Source: an uncultured Thermodesulfobacteriota bacterium (GTDB taxonomy: Bacteria; Desulfobacterota; Zymogenia; Zymogenales; Zymogenaceae). Taken from it: DNA of 64,000 nucleotides. Of the stretch, positions 1 to 10,031 are shown piece by piece. The notes beneath the pieces were generated by a model that saw only the letters and a program-made list of their open reading frames with translations, made no database searches and was not told where the DNA came from. The translations under genes were made by a program, and so were the position numbers. The stretch covers positions 2,730 to 66,729 of the forward strand of contig CAZIWT010000002.1 in assembly GCA_964542895.1 (NCBI GenBank), given 5' to 3'. Each line of letters opens with the position of its first letter. Position 1 is the stretch's first letter.

Positions 1-27
1 CTCGATAATAGTGAACGCGAGCTTCCT

Positions 28-438
28 TTAAATATGTATTGCATATGGTGAGGAGTTGACGGTCAGCTGTATTATGTCTCTGTTTTCTTCGCGATACTTC
101 TCAATGGCTTTATCGAGCAGCCTTTTTGCGACACCCATGTTGTACCAATCCTCTGAAGTGAACAAGAGCGCAATGTGGAAAGAATCTCGTATTTCAATAA
201 AACCTACGATTTATTCTTGACAGGAGGCGACAAGGGCAATCGAACCCTCGCCAAGACGCTTGGCTATCGCCTCGGGTGTTATGAATTCTTTGAAATGCTC
301 TACCCCTACTGTCGAGTAATCGGGGGCGATAAATATTTCAAATACCCTCTCAATCAGGTTTGCCGCTTCGACGGCTTCTTCGGGCTTCAACGCTCTTATT
401 GTCAGCTCTCTTATAAATCCGCTGTCGCAGGTCTGCAT
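28..438 (-). pseudogene. GNAT-family N-acetyltransferase split into two frames (frameshift or sequencing error near 205-215)
   Basis: The 75-aa ORF 211..438 reads like a GNAT N-terminus (IRALKPEE...NLIERVF). A second frame at 28..~213 encodes a GNAT motif-A-like C-terminus (FHIALLFTSEDWYNMGVAKRLLDKAIEKY...). Confidence 0.35.
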
Positions 439-653
439 CGGCTTGTTCTTCTGATTTTCCTAAAAGGAGTTTTGTCGCCTTGATTAATAAAGGGGACTCG
501 TGAGCCGCGCTGTATCAAGATTATCGGAGGTTATCTCCCCTTCAGCGGATTGGAAAGCCCCCTCGATCATATATCAATTCAGCAATTCAGATAGGCTTGT
601 GGAAAAAGTCCTGCCGGCCCTAACATGTGGAGCTTTTAGACGTCAATGAACTA

Positions 654-1988
654 TCAGCCTCTCCTCTTCCTGCCGCTTCTTCTTCTCCCCTCTCTACTTT
701 TTTTGCCGGACACACTTTTCTTTCTTATCGGCTCGTCGAGCTTTTTTCCCAGGTCATCGTCGTCCGCGACCACAAAGGGGAGCTTTCCGTCGATGAGCTT
801 CTCGATAGGCTCAAGATAATATACGTCGTCCTCGGAGGCGATGGATATGGCGGTGCCCCTCTTTCCGGCCCTGGCGGTCCTGCCTATCCTGTGGACGTAG
901 TCCTCGGGGTTCTGGGGCAGGTCGTAGTTGATGACGTAGCCGACGTCCTCGATGTGAAGACCCCTGGACGCCACGTCGGTGGCGATGACGATCTTTATCT
1001 CCCCTCCCATGAAGCGCTCGATGATCTTAAGCCTCTTCCGCTGGGGGATGTCGCCGGTCAGGGCAAAGGCCTTTATGCCGTTTTCGGTCAGCCTCTCCTC
1101 TATCATCGTGACGCCGCTTTTAGTGTTGGAGAAAATCAGGAGCCTTTCGGCATCGGACTTTTGGACAAGTCCGAGGAGGAGGCGAAACTTCTTTCTCTTC
1201 TCCACGTGATAGAGAGTCTGGCTTACCTCGTCTACCGTAACGCTCTCCGGGGTGGCCGAGACCTCCACCGGTATCTTCATATATTGGTATGTCGCCTCGA
1301 TGACCCTGAAGTTTATCGTGGCGGAAAATAGCATCGTCTGTCTGGTTGAGTACTTGGGCAGCCTCTTCAGCATAAAGCGTAGGTCCCTGATAAAGCCCAT
1401 GTCGAGGAGGCGGTCCGCCTCGTCGATGACGAGAACCTCTATCCCTTTCGTCTTCAGGATGTCCTGCTTCATGTAATCGATGAGGCGCCCCGGCGTCCCC
1501 ACGACGATGTCGACGCCCGCCTTCAGGCGGTCCGCCTGCTTTTTGTAGTCCACCCCGCCGAAGACGGCGGTGTAGGTAAGACCGGTGTGGGTGCCGATGT
1601 CCCGGGCCTCCTTTTCTATTTGAACGGCGAGCTCCCGGGTGGGGGCGATAATCAGGGCCCTTGGGAGAGTCGGCGACTTTTTTTCGGTCTTGAGGAGCTT
1701 TTCGAAAATCGTTATGAGAAAGGCGGCGGTCTTCCCCGTTCCGGTCTGGGCCTGACCTATGAGGTCGAATTCCCCCAAGGTGTAGGGAAGGGCCATCGAT
1801 TGGATATCTGTGGGGCTTATAAACCCAACGTCCTTTATGCCCGCGGCCGTGCGGTTGTCCAAATTCAGCTCGGCGAAGGTTTTGATCGGGGGGAGGTATT
1901 TATCCGGAGTCTTGTCGTATTCCTTGTAGGTTTCTGCTTTCTGAGATCTGAGCATGATTTCCTTGTGAACGGCTGTATGGCCGAGCAA
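654..1988 (-). CDS. DEAD-box ATP-dependent RNA helicase
   Basis: Motifs AQTGTGKT (Q/I), VIDEAD (II), SAT (III), HRIGRTARAG (VI). Basic C-terminal tail. Confidence 0.9.
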   Translation of the reverse strand: MLGHTAVHKEIMLRSQKAETYKEYDKTPDKYLPPIKTFAELNLDNRTAAGIKDVGFISPTDIQSMALPYTLGEFDLIGQAQTGTGKTAAFLITIFEKLLKTEKKSPTLPRALIIAPTRELAVQIEKEARDIGTHTGLTYTAVFGGVDYKKQADRLKAGVDIVVGTPGRLIDYMKQDILKTKGIEVLVIDEADRLLDMGFIRDLRFMLKRLPKYSTRQTMLFSATINFRVIEATYQYMKIPVEVSATPESVTVDEVSQTLYHVEKRKKFRLLLGLVQKSDAERLLIFSNTKSGVTMIEERLTENGIKAFALTGDIPQRKRLKIIERFMGGEIKIVIATDVASRGLHIEDVGYVINYDLPQNPEDYVHRIGRTARAGKRGTAISIASEDDVYYLEPIEKLIDGKLPFVVADDDDLGKKLDEPIRKKSVSGKKSREGRRRSGRKRRG

Positions 1989-2286
1989 AAAACTCGGCCT
2001 CGATGTTCTATTTCTGATATAAGTTTAAATCTATCTGGAGAGAGGAGTCTTAATTTTTAAGATATAATGTTACACCAAATCGGTCAAAAAAGCAAGTCTT
2101 TTAACAACCCCTTTTTCTCGATTAAAATGGATGGAAAAAACCGTTGATTGACCGCCGGTGAAAACCTTGGAGGGGGGTATGCGAAGATGAAAGGGATGCG
2201 AACAAGGCCCCCCCCTTTTTGCCGTACTCGAGAATAAGATTCGATAATTGCGCGGCTTAAGGGATCCGAAAAGACGACCTATATCT

Positions 2287-3351
2287 TTAAGCGTTACGAG
2301 GTTTTCGAGTACCCTTGCTCCTTTTCTTTTTCCCGACGTCTCTTTTTTTAGATTTATCCTTATCCGCTTCGCTTTTTCCGTCGTAATCAAGAATCAACTC
2401 TCCCATTTTTTTCCCGTAGTGTTCCTCCAGCTTTTTGAGCATTTTTACGTCGTCCAATTCGATCTCCTCATCCAAATCCACTTGGAATCTGCGAAAATCG
2501 AGAGGATGGAGAAACTCCTTGGTCAGATCGTTTTGTTGATCGTTAGCCGATTGCATGAAGGCCCCTAACATTGCTTTAGCGAATTTCACCGGGTCCAATC
2601 TGATATCTTCCAAGCTTTCTGCAATGGGTTTGTCCCTTCCGGTGCCTATGCTTATAAGGGTCGTGTTTTTGGTGGTCCATTTCCTTTTTTCATTCAGGTG
2701 GTGGGTTATCTCGTATGCGGTGATGTACGAGGGATTGTTGTAGGAGCCGACGCCGCCGTCTATATATTGACCGTATTCGCCCTTGACTGGAGGGAAGTAT
2801 GTAGGGGCGGCACTGGATGCCAGAACCGCCTTTACAACCGGCCACTCGGTAAAGTTTTCATCCTTTTTCTTTTCCGGCACGTTCCACGGCTTTATAAAGC
2901 GTGTTCTGTTTGATGTAATATCAAACGTAGTGAAGACAACGTCTATCTTGGGATCTAAAGAATAGAAATATTTCATCTTCGCCCCTTCACCAATCTTCTC
3001 GCCCAAAATTGTCTTCAGAAGAGATTCTAGCTTCTTGTTGGAGTAGTACTCTCCCGTGAAGACCATCCTTAGGGAGGTGTAGCCGGGGAAGAGCTTTTTA
3101 AAGACGTCCCTTCCCAGCTTCCTGTAGTAGCCGTTAAGGTCGTTTGCGGATACCCCTGAGGCCAGGGCGGAGGCGATTATTGCGCCGGTGGATGTGCCGG
3201 CGAACAGATGGACCTTTTCGTTGAGCCTCTTTTTTATGTAGCCGGTCTGTATGAGATGATCCTCCAGCATGGAGAGCGCTTTTGTGGCGACGATCCCCTT
3301 GATCCCGCCGCCGTCGATCGATATGGCGACGTTTTTCCTGAATTCTTTCAT
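2287..3351 (-). CDS. patatin-like phospholipase with Lys-rich C-terminal tail
   Basis: DGGGIKG oxyanion motif, GTSTG (GxSxG nucleophile), DGG catalytic Asp motif. The 30 C-terminal residues are KKRSKG-rich. Confidence 0.85.
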   Translation of the reverse strand: MKEFRKNVAISIDGGGIKGIVATKALSMLEDHLIQTGYIKKRLNEKVHLFAGTSTGAIIASALASGVSANDLNGYYRKLGRDVFKKLFPGYTSLRMVFTGEYYSNKKLESLLKTILGEKIGEGAKMKYFYSLDPKIDVVFTTFDITSNRTRFIKPWNVPEKKKDENFTEWPVVKAVLASSAAPTYFPPVKGEYGQYIDGGVGSYNNPSYITAYEITHHLNEKRKWTTKNTTLISIGTGRDKPIAESLEDIRLDPVKFAKAMLGAFMQSANDQQNDLTKEFLHPLDFRRFQVDLDEEIELDDVKMLKKLEEHYGKKMGELILDYDGKSEADKDKSKKRDVGKKKRSKGTRKPRNA

Positions 3352-3580
3352 GATTCTTCTCCTTGAAGAAAGTGTCGAGTGCCCGCCTTTTTAAGGCGGG
3401 CGATAGGGCGCCTTAATCAACGAATTTCAAGCGCACTCTACTCCTCGGATGTTGTGGGAACAGCCGTATGGCCCCACAACATTAAACAGTATCCTTTTCA
3501 GAGAGTATTATCAAAAAAATCAATAGACTGAAGATTTACGGTTTTTCAGCCGCTCTTCAATTTCCAGCATCTCGCTTTCA

Positions 3581-4696
3581 TCACGGCAACCTTTCGAGCA
3601 CGAAGTCCCGTTGCAGCAGCGCGGCCCTGTGGAAATGGTAAAACGGCGACTTGAAATAGTCGTCTTTTATTATCATTTTTCTTCGGATTTCGACACCTTT
3701 GTAATAATCGTCCCAATCATGGCCATCTCCTTTTAAGACTTGAAAAGCGGTTCTCCACCAATCTGTTTTATCGTATTTGAACTTTTCGGGAAACTGGAGG
3801 TCATCAAAGAAGTCGTAAAAGTTATTTCTCCAGTTCTCACACCGATCCTCAAGATCCCTTCCCACGTATTTCAGCTGCTTTTCTATCCTCTTTTTGATTT
3901 CATTCCATTTTTTATAGGGGGTCTTTTGGGTTTCCGACAGTTTTTTGTAGATCGTCTCCGCCGCCTTGAGAAACTCCTTCGTGTTATTACGCGGAACTAA
4001 TTCGCCGGTCGATTTCTTTGTGTATTCCCAGACCAAAAAAGGGTAGTCCGGGTAAAAACCGGCTTCTGCGTGACCTATTCGGGGTCCCGCTTTCCATGGG
4101 ATTTTAATTTTAAATTTACGCTTCATAAGCTTCATCACATTGTTTTTTTTGACCTGGATATCTATCACCTCGTTTTCTTCGTTTTTCCTTCCGGAAAACC
4201 CTTGATGCGCCCAGGTGTCCGCATAGGTGTGCAGGGCTATCCCTATGCGGCAGAGACGAAACAGCTCGAAATCCGTTATCATGGATTCCCAGCATTCACA
4301 CTCCTTTTTTCCCTTGAGGGCCTCTTCTAAAAGCGTATCGGCGAACTTTATGCCGAATTCTTCGGATTTTTTGGTCTTTTTAAGTTGGGCGGGCTCTGTT
4401 ACGTATTCAAATCCCCATCCGGGCGGCTCGTAAAACCTCGGCGGAATGAAATGAAATGAGATTAGAATCTTCTTCTGCTCGGACCAGAATATAGATCTTA
4501 CCTTCAAACCTTTGTGTGCCGTGCGCACCGGATCGATTCTGATGTCGTTAGGGGATTTTTTTATGGGTATTCGTCCGCCTTGCGTTGCGTCGTCGACGTA
4601 TTGTGACGCGTAGGCTATGGTGAGGGCGTCTTTCGAGCTGAAGCCGGCGGCCTTTGCCAAGACTCCTATACAATAATAGTGAAAATCCCTTTGCAT
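3581..4696 (-). CDS. hypothetical protein; possible metal-dependent hydrolase of the Zn-phospholipase C / P1-nuclease-like fold (weak)
   Basis: 371-aa ORF. N-terminal FHYYCIGVLAKAAGF and internal ALHTYADTWAHQGF resemble the W/H...H-x3-D-x4-H metal-site motifs of that fold. Lower GC than neighbours. Confidence 0.45.
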   Translation of the reverse strand: MQRDFHYYCIGVLAKAAGFSSKDALTIAYASQYVDDATQGGRIPIKKSPNDIRIDPVRTAHKGLKVRSIFWSEQKKILISFHFIPPRFYEPPGWGFEYVTEPAQLKKTKKSEEFGIKFADTLLEEALKGKKECECWESMITDFELFRLCRIGIALHTYADTWAHQGFSGRKNEENEVIDIQVKKNNVMKLMKRKFKIKIPWKAGPRIGHAEAGFYPDYPFLVWEYTKKSTGELVPRNNTKEFLKAAETIYKKLSETQKTPYKKWNEIKKRIEKQLKYVGRDLEDRCENWRNNFYDFFDDLQFPEKFKYDKTDWWRTAFQVLKGDGHDWDDYYKGVEIRRKMIIKDDYFKSPFYHFHRAALLQRDFVLERLP

Positions 4697-4881
4697 CTTA
4701 CCCTCCTTTAAAATTTGATATTTTAAAAATCGATGAGGCCAGGTTCTCCAGATGCTGGAGAAGGGCCTCCCGTTACTTAAAGATATTGAAAATCATTTGT
4801 TATCAAAAACAAGTCCTAAAAACCACCGTGAATTAAGGGGGCCGTCCAGATCGTAGTTATTTCCCTCGCAAGCAGGGGGCC

Positions 4882-5901
4882 TCATTTCAGCTTTGAGCAT
4901 TCTCCGCCCGGATGTTGGATCGGCTCTTTCTTTTCCCAATCATTTTCCTTGATCTTTCTCCCCAGCTCCTCCCCGTACTTTTTAAGGAGTTCGATGTTTT
5001 TAGGGGAGGCGTCGTCCAGTTTGATATACTCATCTATATCGACCTGAAAGCGGCGGAAGTCGAGCTCTTTAAAGAAGTTCTGCACAAGGAACACCTGCTG
5101 GTCGTTGGAAGACTGGCGAAAGGAGTCGATGATGGGCATGATCCAGCCGAAAGCGGTTCTGGGTTTCTTCTCAATAGGTTTTTCCCTGCCGGTTCCTATA
5201 CTTATGAGGGTGGTGTCCTTCGCCTCCCAGCCGAGGCAGTATGCGAGCTCGAAGGCCGCATAGTAACAGGGATTTCCGTATGCGCCGAATCCGCCGTCGG
5301 CGTAGTGACCGTCCACGGGGGGGAACAGAGAGGGCACAGCGCTGGACGCCAGCACCGATTTGACCACAGTCCAGTCGGTGAAATCGACCTCTTCCCCGTT
5401 CGTTTCATCGGCGATCCTTATTTCTTCTTCGGTCGGCTTGTTCCACGGCTTGATGAATCTTGTGCGATTATCGAAGATGTCGAGGGTCGTGATGACGAGG
5501 TCTATGGGTCGATCTCCTTTACAGAAATCCTTCATCTTCCTGTCGCCGATGAGCTTTGTCAGCTCCTGTTTAAGGGCCTTGTTGCTGTAGCGATGGCTGC
5601 AAAACGGCCAGGGTCGAAGCAGTGGGTTTTTCTTGAACACCAATCCGCCCAAGCTCGTATAGAGATCGAATATCTTTTTGGCCTTTACACCGGATGTGAT
5701 ACACGCGGCGATAATCGCCCCGGTGGAGCTTCCCGCCACGAGGCGAAAGGTGTCGACAAAGGATTTATCGTTCTTAAAAAGCTCCGCCTCGAGGTCGATC
5801 AAGGCCCTTGCGGCCGCCACACCCTTGATTCCCCCGCCGTCGATAGATATCGCTACGTTTTTCCTGAACTTCTTCATCGTCCTTTTATCTTTTTTCGCCA
5901 T
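4882..5901 (-). CDS. patatin-like phospholipase (paralog of 2287..3351)
   Basis: KKFRKNVAISIDGGGIKG is nearly identical to the other copy. GSSTG nucleophile elbow. DGGFGAYGNP Asp motif. Confidence 0.85.
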   Translation of the reverse strand: MAKKDKRTMKKFRKNVAISIDGGGIKGVAAARALIDLEAELFKNDKSFVDTFRLVAGSSTGAIIAACITSGVKAKKIFDLYTSLGGLVFKKNPLLRPWPFCSHRYSNKALKQELTKLIGDRKMKDFCKGDRPIDLVITTLDIFDNRTRFIKPWNKPTEEEIRIADETNGEEVDFTDWTVVKSVLASSAVPSLFPPVDGHYADGGFGAYGNPCYYAAFELAYCLGWEAKDTTLISIGTGREKPIEKKPRTAFGWIMPIIDSFRQSSNDQQVFLVQNFFKELDFRRFQVDIDEYIKLDDASPKNIELLKKYGEELGRKIKENDWEKKEPIQHPGGECSKLK

Positions 5902-6498
5902 TTTTATCCTCCCTTTGCTTATTTGGTGAATCTATATCCCCGAAGACTCAAGAAGGTCGCATCATTTCCTCACCATATGAAATTCGTATAACCGCTTATT
6001 TGGACGTAAGCTTTCAGCATCTCGGAGCGGACCGAATCAATTAAATCGGATTCGAGTTACGCTTCGCCCGATTTCCTGTCCATTGTGAATGCATTGCCCC
6101 CTTCTTTGTCGAACTTTTCAATCCCTTAATTGGCCCGACGTTTTTATTGAGAATTTTTTTGTCTTTAAGTAACGCCGTCCGCCGAATCGTTTAACTGAAA
6201 AATTATAAATTAGGCATGACAAACAATACGTTATGCTATTGTTTATTTGACCGACGATCTCAAAGCGAGCCTGTATCGCGGGACCTTTTTCAATCCGAAC
6301 CGGCTTTCATCTATTGTAAATTGGTAGACTAATTTCTAATCAGGTTCAAAATGAGATTAGAGGTGAAACGGCGGCTAATCGAAATACGTGAATGAGAAAT
6401 GCTGTGAAGTACAAAGAGATACTTTTTATGGTATATTAATGCAATGTATGTCCAATTGTCAAGACAATAATGACTAAGTCTGGATAAACGTCGCAAAA

Positions 6499-7614
6499 TT
6501 AATCCAGTATTTTAAACCTGAAATACCCCAGGAAGTTCTCGTTTTCATCTACGGGACGCCAGCGCATCTCCGGGTGATGCATTAGGGTCGAGAGCCTCAC
6601 CTTCCTCACCTCGCCCCGGTCGGTTTCCCTCGGCCCCGTGTGGTAGACCACCCAGTCGTCCGTTACTTTCTCGTCGCCGCCGCCGCTGAGATCATCGCCC
6701 CCTTCCTCTGTCCCCCACTCCCCGAGAAATATCATCGCGTGGTAGGGCATCCTCGGATTGTCCGGGTTGAAGTAGAAGATGATATCCCCAGGGAGGACCC
6801 CCTCGCCCCCCTTTCCCAGGGGGACCACGTTGTAGAGGAGGATGTGTCCCGCCGTCGCCGACGGGGAGAATTTCTTGGGATCGCCTTCGATATCTGCTAT
6901 GGAAAATGTCCCGTCCCCGGTCCTGAAGATTTTCTCATTAAGCAGGGGCACGTCCGGGTAGTTGTACTTCTTTATGTCCGGGTTGGCCGGGTTTACGAGG
7001 GCGCTGTAGCTGGATAAGAACCGGGCGTCGTGGAGTTTAAGCGCCTCCGAGTAGGAGAAGCGGATAAGCCCGGCGCAGTCGTTGTTTACATCGGCCCAGC
7101 GGCGGTTCTTCTCGTAGACCTGAGATTCGCCCACGGCACAGAGCCACCGCCTGAAGTTGAGGCGATCGGTGTCTCCGAAGAGCTCCACAACGTCGGGAAA
7201 GCCGTCCCCGTCCCCGTCGCGGTAGTCGGGTATGACCTTAAATGTCGCCTCTCCCCCTTTGAGGCCGTCGGAGTTTGCGGTAATTTTCACGCCTCCCGCC
7301 TCGAAGGTAGAGATAAAGGTGAGATCCTTTTCCCCCCCCTCGAGCGTAACGGGCGTTTTTTCTATCATCAGGACGTCTGCGCCCGAGACCGAGACTTCGA
7401 CCGGAATTTCCGCGTTCTTGACGGTCCTGCTTTTATCGTCCACGGCCCTTATCGTCACGGTGAGGGTCTCCTCCCCGTTGGCGTGAATCTCCCCCTTCGA
7501 GGCCTTAAGATCAAGGCTTTCGGGACTCCCGTAGCAGGAGGCAAAAAGGAGGGCCAGAAGACAGAGAAGCAACCTCCCCCGGAAATAACATCTGTCCTGC
7601 CTTTTTTCCCTCAC
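6499..7614 (-). CDS. lipoprotein with Ig-like (Big) domain and C-terminal NlpC/P60-like (possibly DUF1175-type) Cys-His domain
   Basis: Signal peptide with lipobox LLFASC. Big-like beta-rich segment. Then [10 protein letters not shown] ... GDIIFYF ... YHAMIFLG in the order typical of papain-like NlpC/P60 folds. Confidence 0.45.
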   Translation of the reverse strand: MREKRQDRCYFRGRLLLCLLALLFASCYGSPESLDLKASKGEIHANGEETLTVTIRAVDDKSRTVKNAEIPVEVSVSGADVLMIEKTPVTLEGGEKDLTFISTFEAGGVKITANSDGLKGGEATFKVIPDYRDGDGDGFPDVVELFGDTDRLNFRRWLCAVGESQVYEKNRRWADVNNDCAGLIRFSYSEALKLHDARFLSSYSALVNPANPDIKKYNYPDVPLLNEKIFRTGDGTFSIADIEGDPKKFSPSATAGHILLYNVVPLGKGGEGVLPGDIIFYFNPDNPRMPYHAMIFLGEWGTEEGGDDLSGGGDEKVTDDWVVYHTGPRETDRGEVRKVRLSTLMHHPEMRWRPVDENENFLGYFRFKILD

Positions 7615-7634
7615 CTTCCCCTCCCCGGCGGTTT

Positions 7635-9404
7635 TCAGTCGAGGTCTTTTGCGACGAGTCTGAACTTCCCCTCAACCGCGTCTTCACCGAAGTTTATGCC
7701 GCCGTAGAACGAGACGAAGGATTGTCTCGTAAGCTCAAGCAGGGGGATGAATCTCTTTTCCGCGTCCTCGTAGAGGAAGTAGCGGTAGTGAGCGTTCAGG
7801 TTGATTATATACTTCTCTACGGTGTTCGTGAGGTTTTCGCCCGACAGATAGGCGTAGAGGTCGTAGCTTCCCAGGGGGAGGTCATTCTGGGCGTCGACGT
7901 AGGGGCCGCTCTTTACGAGGAAGTCCTCGTCAAAAAGCCCTTTGCCGCCCGTCTCGTTTATACTATTGAGTACGGGGGCGTTCAGCAGCCGTCCTATAGT
8001 CGATATGTCCCTGTAGAAATAGAGCCTGTTGCCGTTAAGGGCGAAGCCCGGGTTGGCCACTCTGGTCTTGATATATTTGCTGCCGCTCCAATCCACCTCC
8101 TCTTCCCACAGCTCGCCCATGTAGTGGAGGGCGGCCCCGCCGTACTCGAGGTAGCTCGGGCCGTCGTCCCAAAAGGCGTAGTCGAAGATATTCGAGAGGT
8201 TCTCGGAGACCGCCTCCTCTCCACCCTCCTTCACGCCGAGGCAGGAGAACACCTTTACGTACGGCTCTCTCCCCTCGTAGCCGATTCCCGTCACCGCCAG
8301 AAGGGTTCCCCCCGTAATGTTGCTCAGGACACCCCCCTCGAAATCAAAGCCCGCCTCGGTCTTCCACTTCTGGAGGATCGACACGTAGTTTACCCGCTCA
8401 AAGACGCCGGAAAACCAGTTCTTGATGAAATTTGCGTAGAGGATGGCCGGGTCGTAGGAGTTAAAGGCGACAAATCCCGCCGTCTCCGACGGGAGATATT
8501 CTATCTCGGGCGCCGGTTTTTTACCGACCTCTCCAAGGCCGGAAAGGACCTTGTCTGTATATCCGGACTTCAGGGGTGCGTAAAGGCTCACGTCGGCGCC
8601 GTTTTCGGTGAAAGTTGTCGAGGTGAAGATCGAGTCGACCTCACTAATAAGCCTCTCGCCCCTTTTCAGGAGGCCCGTCTCGTAGGCCGCCGGCTCCGAT
8701 ATTTTGTGATAGATCAACACGTGGTATCCGGCGGGGATTGCGGCCGCCCCCGCTTTGAAGCCGGGGTCGTTCACGATGGTGTCGCCGCCGCCGGAAAGCG
8801 CATCGTGTTGGACCTTGAGCGCCAGGGAGGAGTCGGAAAAAATAACGTGGCTCGCCGTTATGGCGTAATAGACTTTTTTGTCTCCCGCATTTGCCGAGTA
8901 GACGGAAAGCCCGTCGATCTCTTCTCTTGAGATATTGTCTTTGAGGTTGGATAAGGTCTTGAGCAGAAACCTCTTGAGCCAGCCGATCTCGAAGACCGCC
9001 ACCGCCGCCCTGCCGCCGCCCGCCCGGGTTTTGTATATTGCGGCTTCCTTTCCTATCAGCAAGAGGGCCCTTCCCGGGGTGATCGAAATACCGAGGGATT
9101 TCTCCATATCCCCCAAAGTGGAGATCGCCGGGGCCGAGACGTCGGTCCTTATCGGTCCCTTTAAGACGGACAGGTCTTCCGCCTCGCCGTAGAAGGTGCT
9201 TTTGAGAAACGGTTTCAGGCCCTTCTTGATATCCTTGAAATATATCAGCGTCTCCGCTCTGCCGGAGACCTTATCGATAAGCCCCCCCGCTTCGCTTCCC
9301 GCCGCGGGGCCTATCAGGAGTGCACAGGAGATAAAAATCGCGATGGGAACCGTGATTAAAAACCGGATCCCCCTTGACGAATTACGACGCGATTTCGTTT
9401 TCAT
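7635..9404 (-). CDS. large secreted or membrane-anchored hypothetical protein (possibly DUF2138/YfaA-like)
   Basis: 589-aa ORF with an N-terminal signal anchor. It abuts the 6499..7614 gene with a 20-nt gap. No recognisable catalytic motif. Confidence 0.4.
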   Translation of the reverse strand: MKTKSRRNSSRGIRFLITVPIAIFISCALLIGPAAGSEAGGLIDKVSGRAETLIYFKDIKKGLKPFLKSTFYGEAEDLSVLKGPIRTDVSAPAISTLGDMEKSLGISITPGRALLLIGKEAAIYKTRAGGGRAAVAVFEIGWLKRFLLKTLSNLKDNISREEIDGLSVYSANAGDKKVYYAITASHVIFSDSSLALKVQHDALSGGGDTIVNDPGFKAGAAAIPAGYHVLIYHKISEPAAYETGLLKRGERLISEVDSIFTSTTFTENGADVSLYAPLKSGYTDKVLSGLGEVGKKPAPEIEYLPSETAGFVAFNSYDPAILYANFIKNWFSGVFERVNYVSILQKWKTEAGFDFEGGVLSNITGGTLLAVTGIGYEGREPYVKVFSCLGVKEGGEEAVSENLSNIFDYAFWDDGPSYLEYGGAALHYMGELWEEEVDWSGSKYIKTRVANPGFALNGNRLYFYRDISTIGRLLNAPVLNSINETGGKGLFDEDFLVKSGPYVDAQNDLPLGSYDLYAYLSGENLTNTVEKYIINLNAHYRYFLYEDAEKRFIPLLELTRQSFVSFYGGINFGEDAVEGKFRLVAKDLD

Positions 9405-9428
9405 AGCGATCCTCCTTTGTTATTTCAG

Positions 9429-10031
9429 CTATTTATTCGGGGATTCGGCCGAATAGGACTCCGGCAGTACCCCCTGTTTCAGAAGGATGTTGCTGAATCT
9501 GAGACAGACTATTTCCAATACCTTTTCCCTTTTGGCTTCAGGGATCATCTCCGTAAGCTCCGTGAGGTCGTCGAAGAAATCTTTCAGTTTTTCATCGACG
9601 CTCTCTTTCACTTCACCGTATGATTTTACCGTATTGCCGAGAGATCTCCGAAGCGTCAGGTATTGCTCCCTCTCCGCTTTCAGAATATCGTCGAGGGAGT
9701 CGACTTTTTCCTCCCCCTCCGATTCGTCACCGTATTCATCGTCCGAGTGGTAGTAATCGTAGGTCTCTATCGGGACGTAGAGGCGGTTTCTCGCCCGGAT
9801 GAATAGTTTCCACTCCTTTTTTGTCATCTCCCCCTTCTCGAAGGCGAGCTCCGGGGGCTCTGAATCGTCTTCGGAGATCGCGGCGACGACGTCGGCGAAC
9901 ACCCCCCCCTTTTTCACCGCCTCGGTCGTATCTCCCGCCGGTGATATCTTTTTCTCCCCACCGCACGAGACGAGAAGGAGCGATATAAGGAGCGGGACCA
10001 AAAGAAAAAAGCCTCTATTTATCGATTTCAT
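9429..10031 (-). CDS. lipoprotein, hypothetical, acidic
   Basis: Signal peptide with lipobox LLVSCGG. Acidic stretch DDEYGDESEGEE. 4-nt overlap with the upstream ABC ATPase. Confidence 0.5.
   Translation of the reverse strand: MKSINRGFFLLVPLLISLLLVSCGGEKKISPAGDTTEAVKKGGVFADVVAAISEDDSEPPELAFEKGEMTKKEWKLFIRARNRLYVPIETYDYYHSDDEYGDESEGEEKVDSLDDILKAEREQYLTLRRSLGNTVKSYGEVKESVDEKLKDFFDDLTELTEMIPEAKREKVLEIVCLRFSNILLKQGVLPESYSAESPNK

Noticed and set aside
2287-5901. Interpretation of the patatin pair as a CBASS operon
   Set aside because: No cGAS/DncV-like nucleotidyltransferase motifs (GS...[DE]h[DE]) and no E1/E2 or HORMA/TRIP13 partners. The middle gene lacks any NTase signature.
4912-5991. 359-aa plus-strand ORF antisense to the second patatin gene
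   Set aside because: No recognisable motifs. The opposite-strand patatin has complete catalytic signatures and an excellent RBS.
7722-8930. 402-aa plus-strand ORF antisense to the 589-aa secreted-protein gene
   Set aside because: Val/Arg/Gly-rich composition characteristic of reverse-strand artefacts. It lacks a start context.
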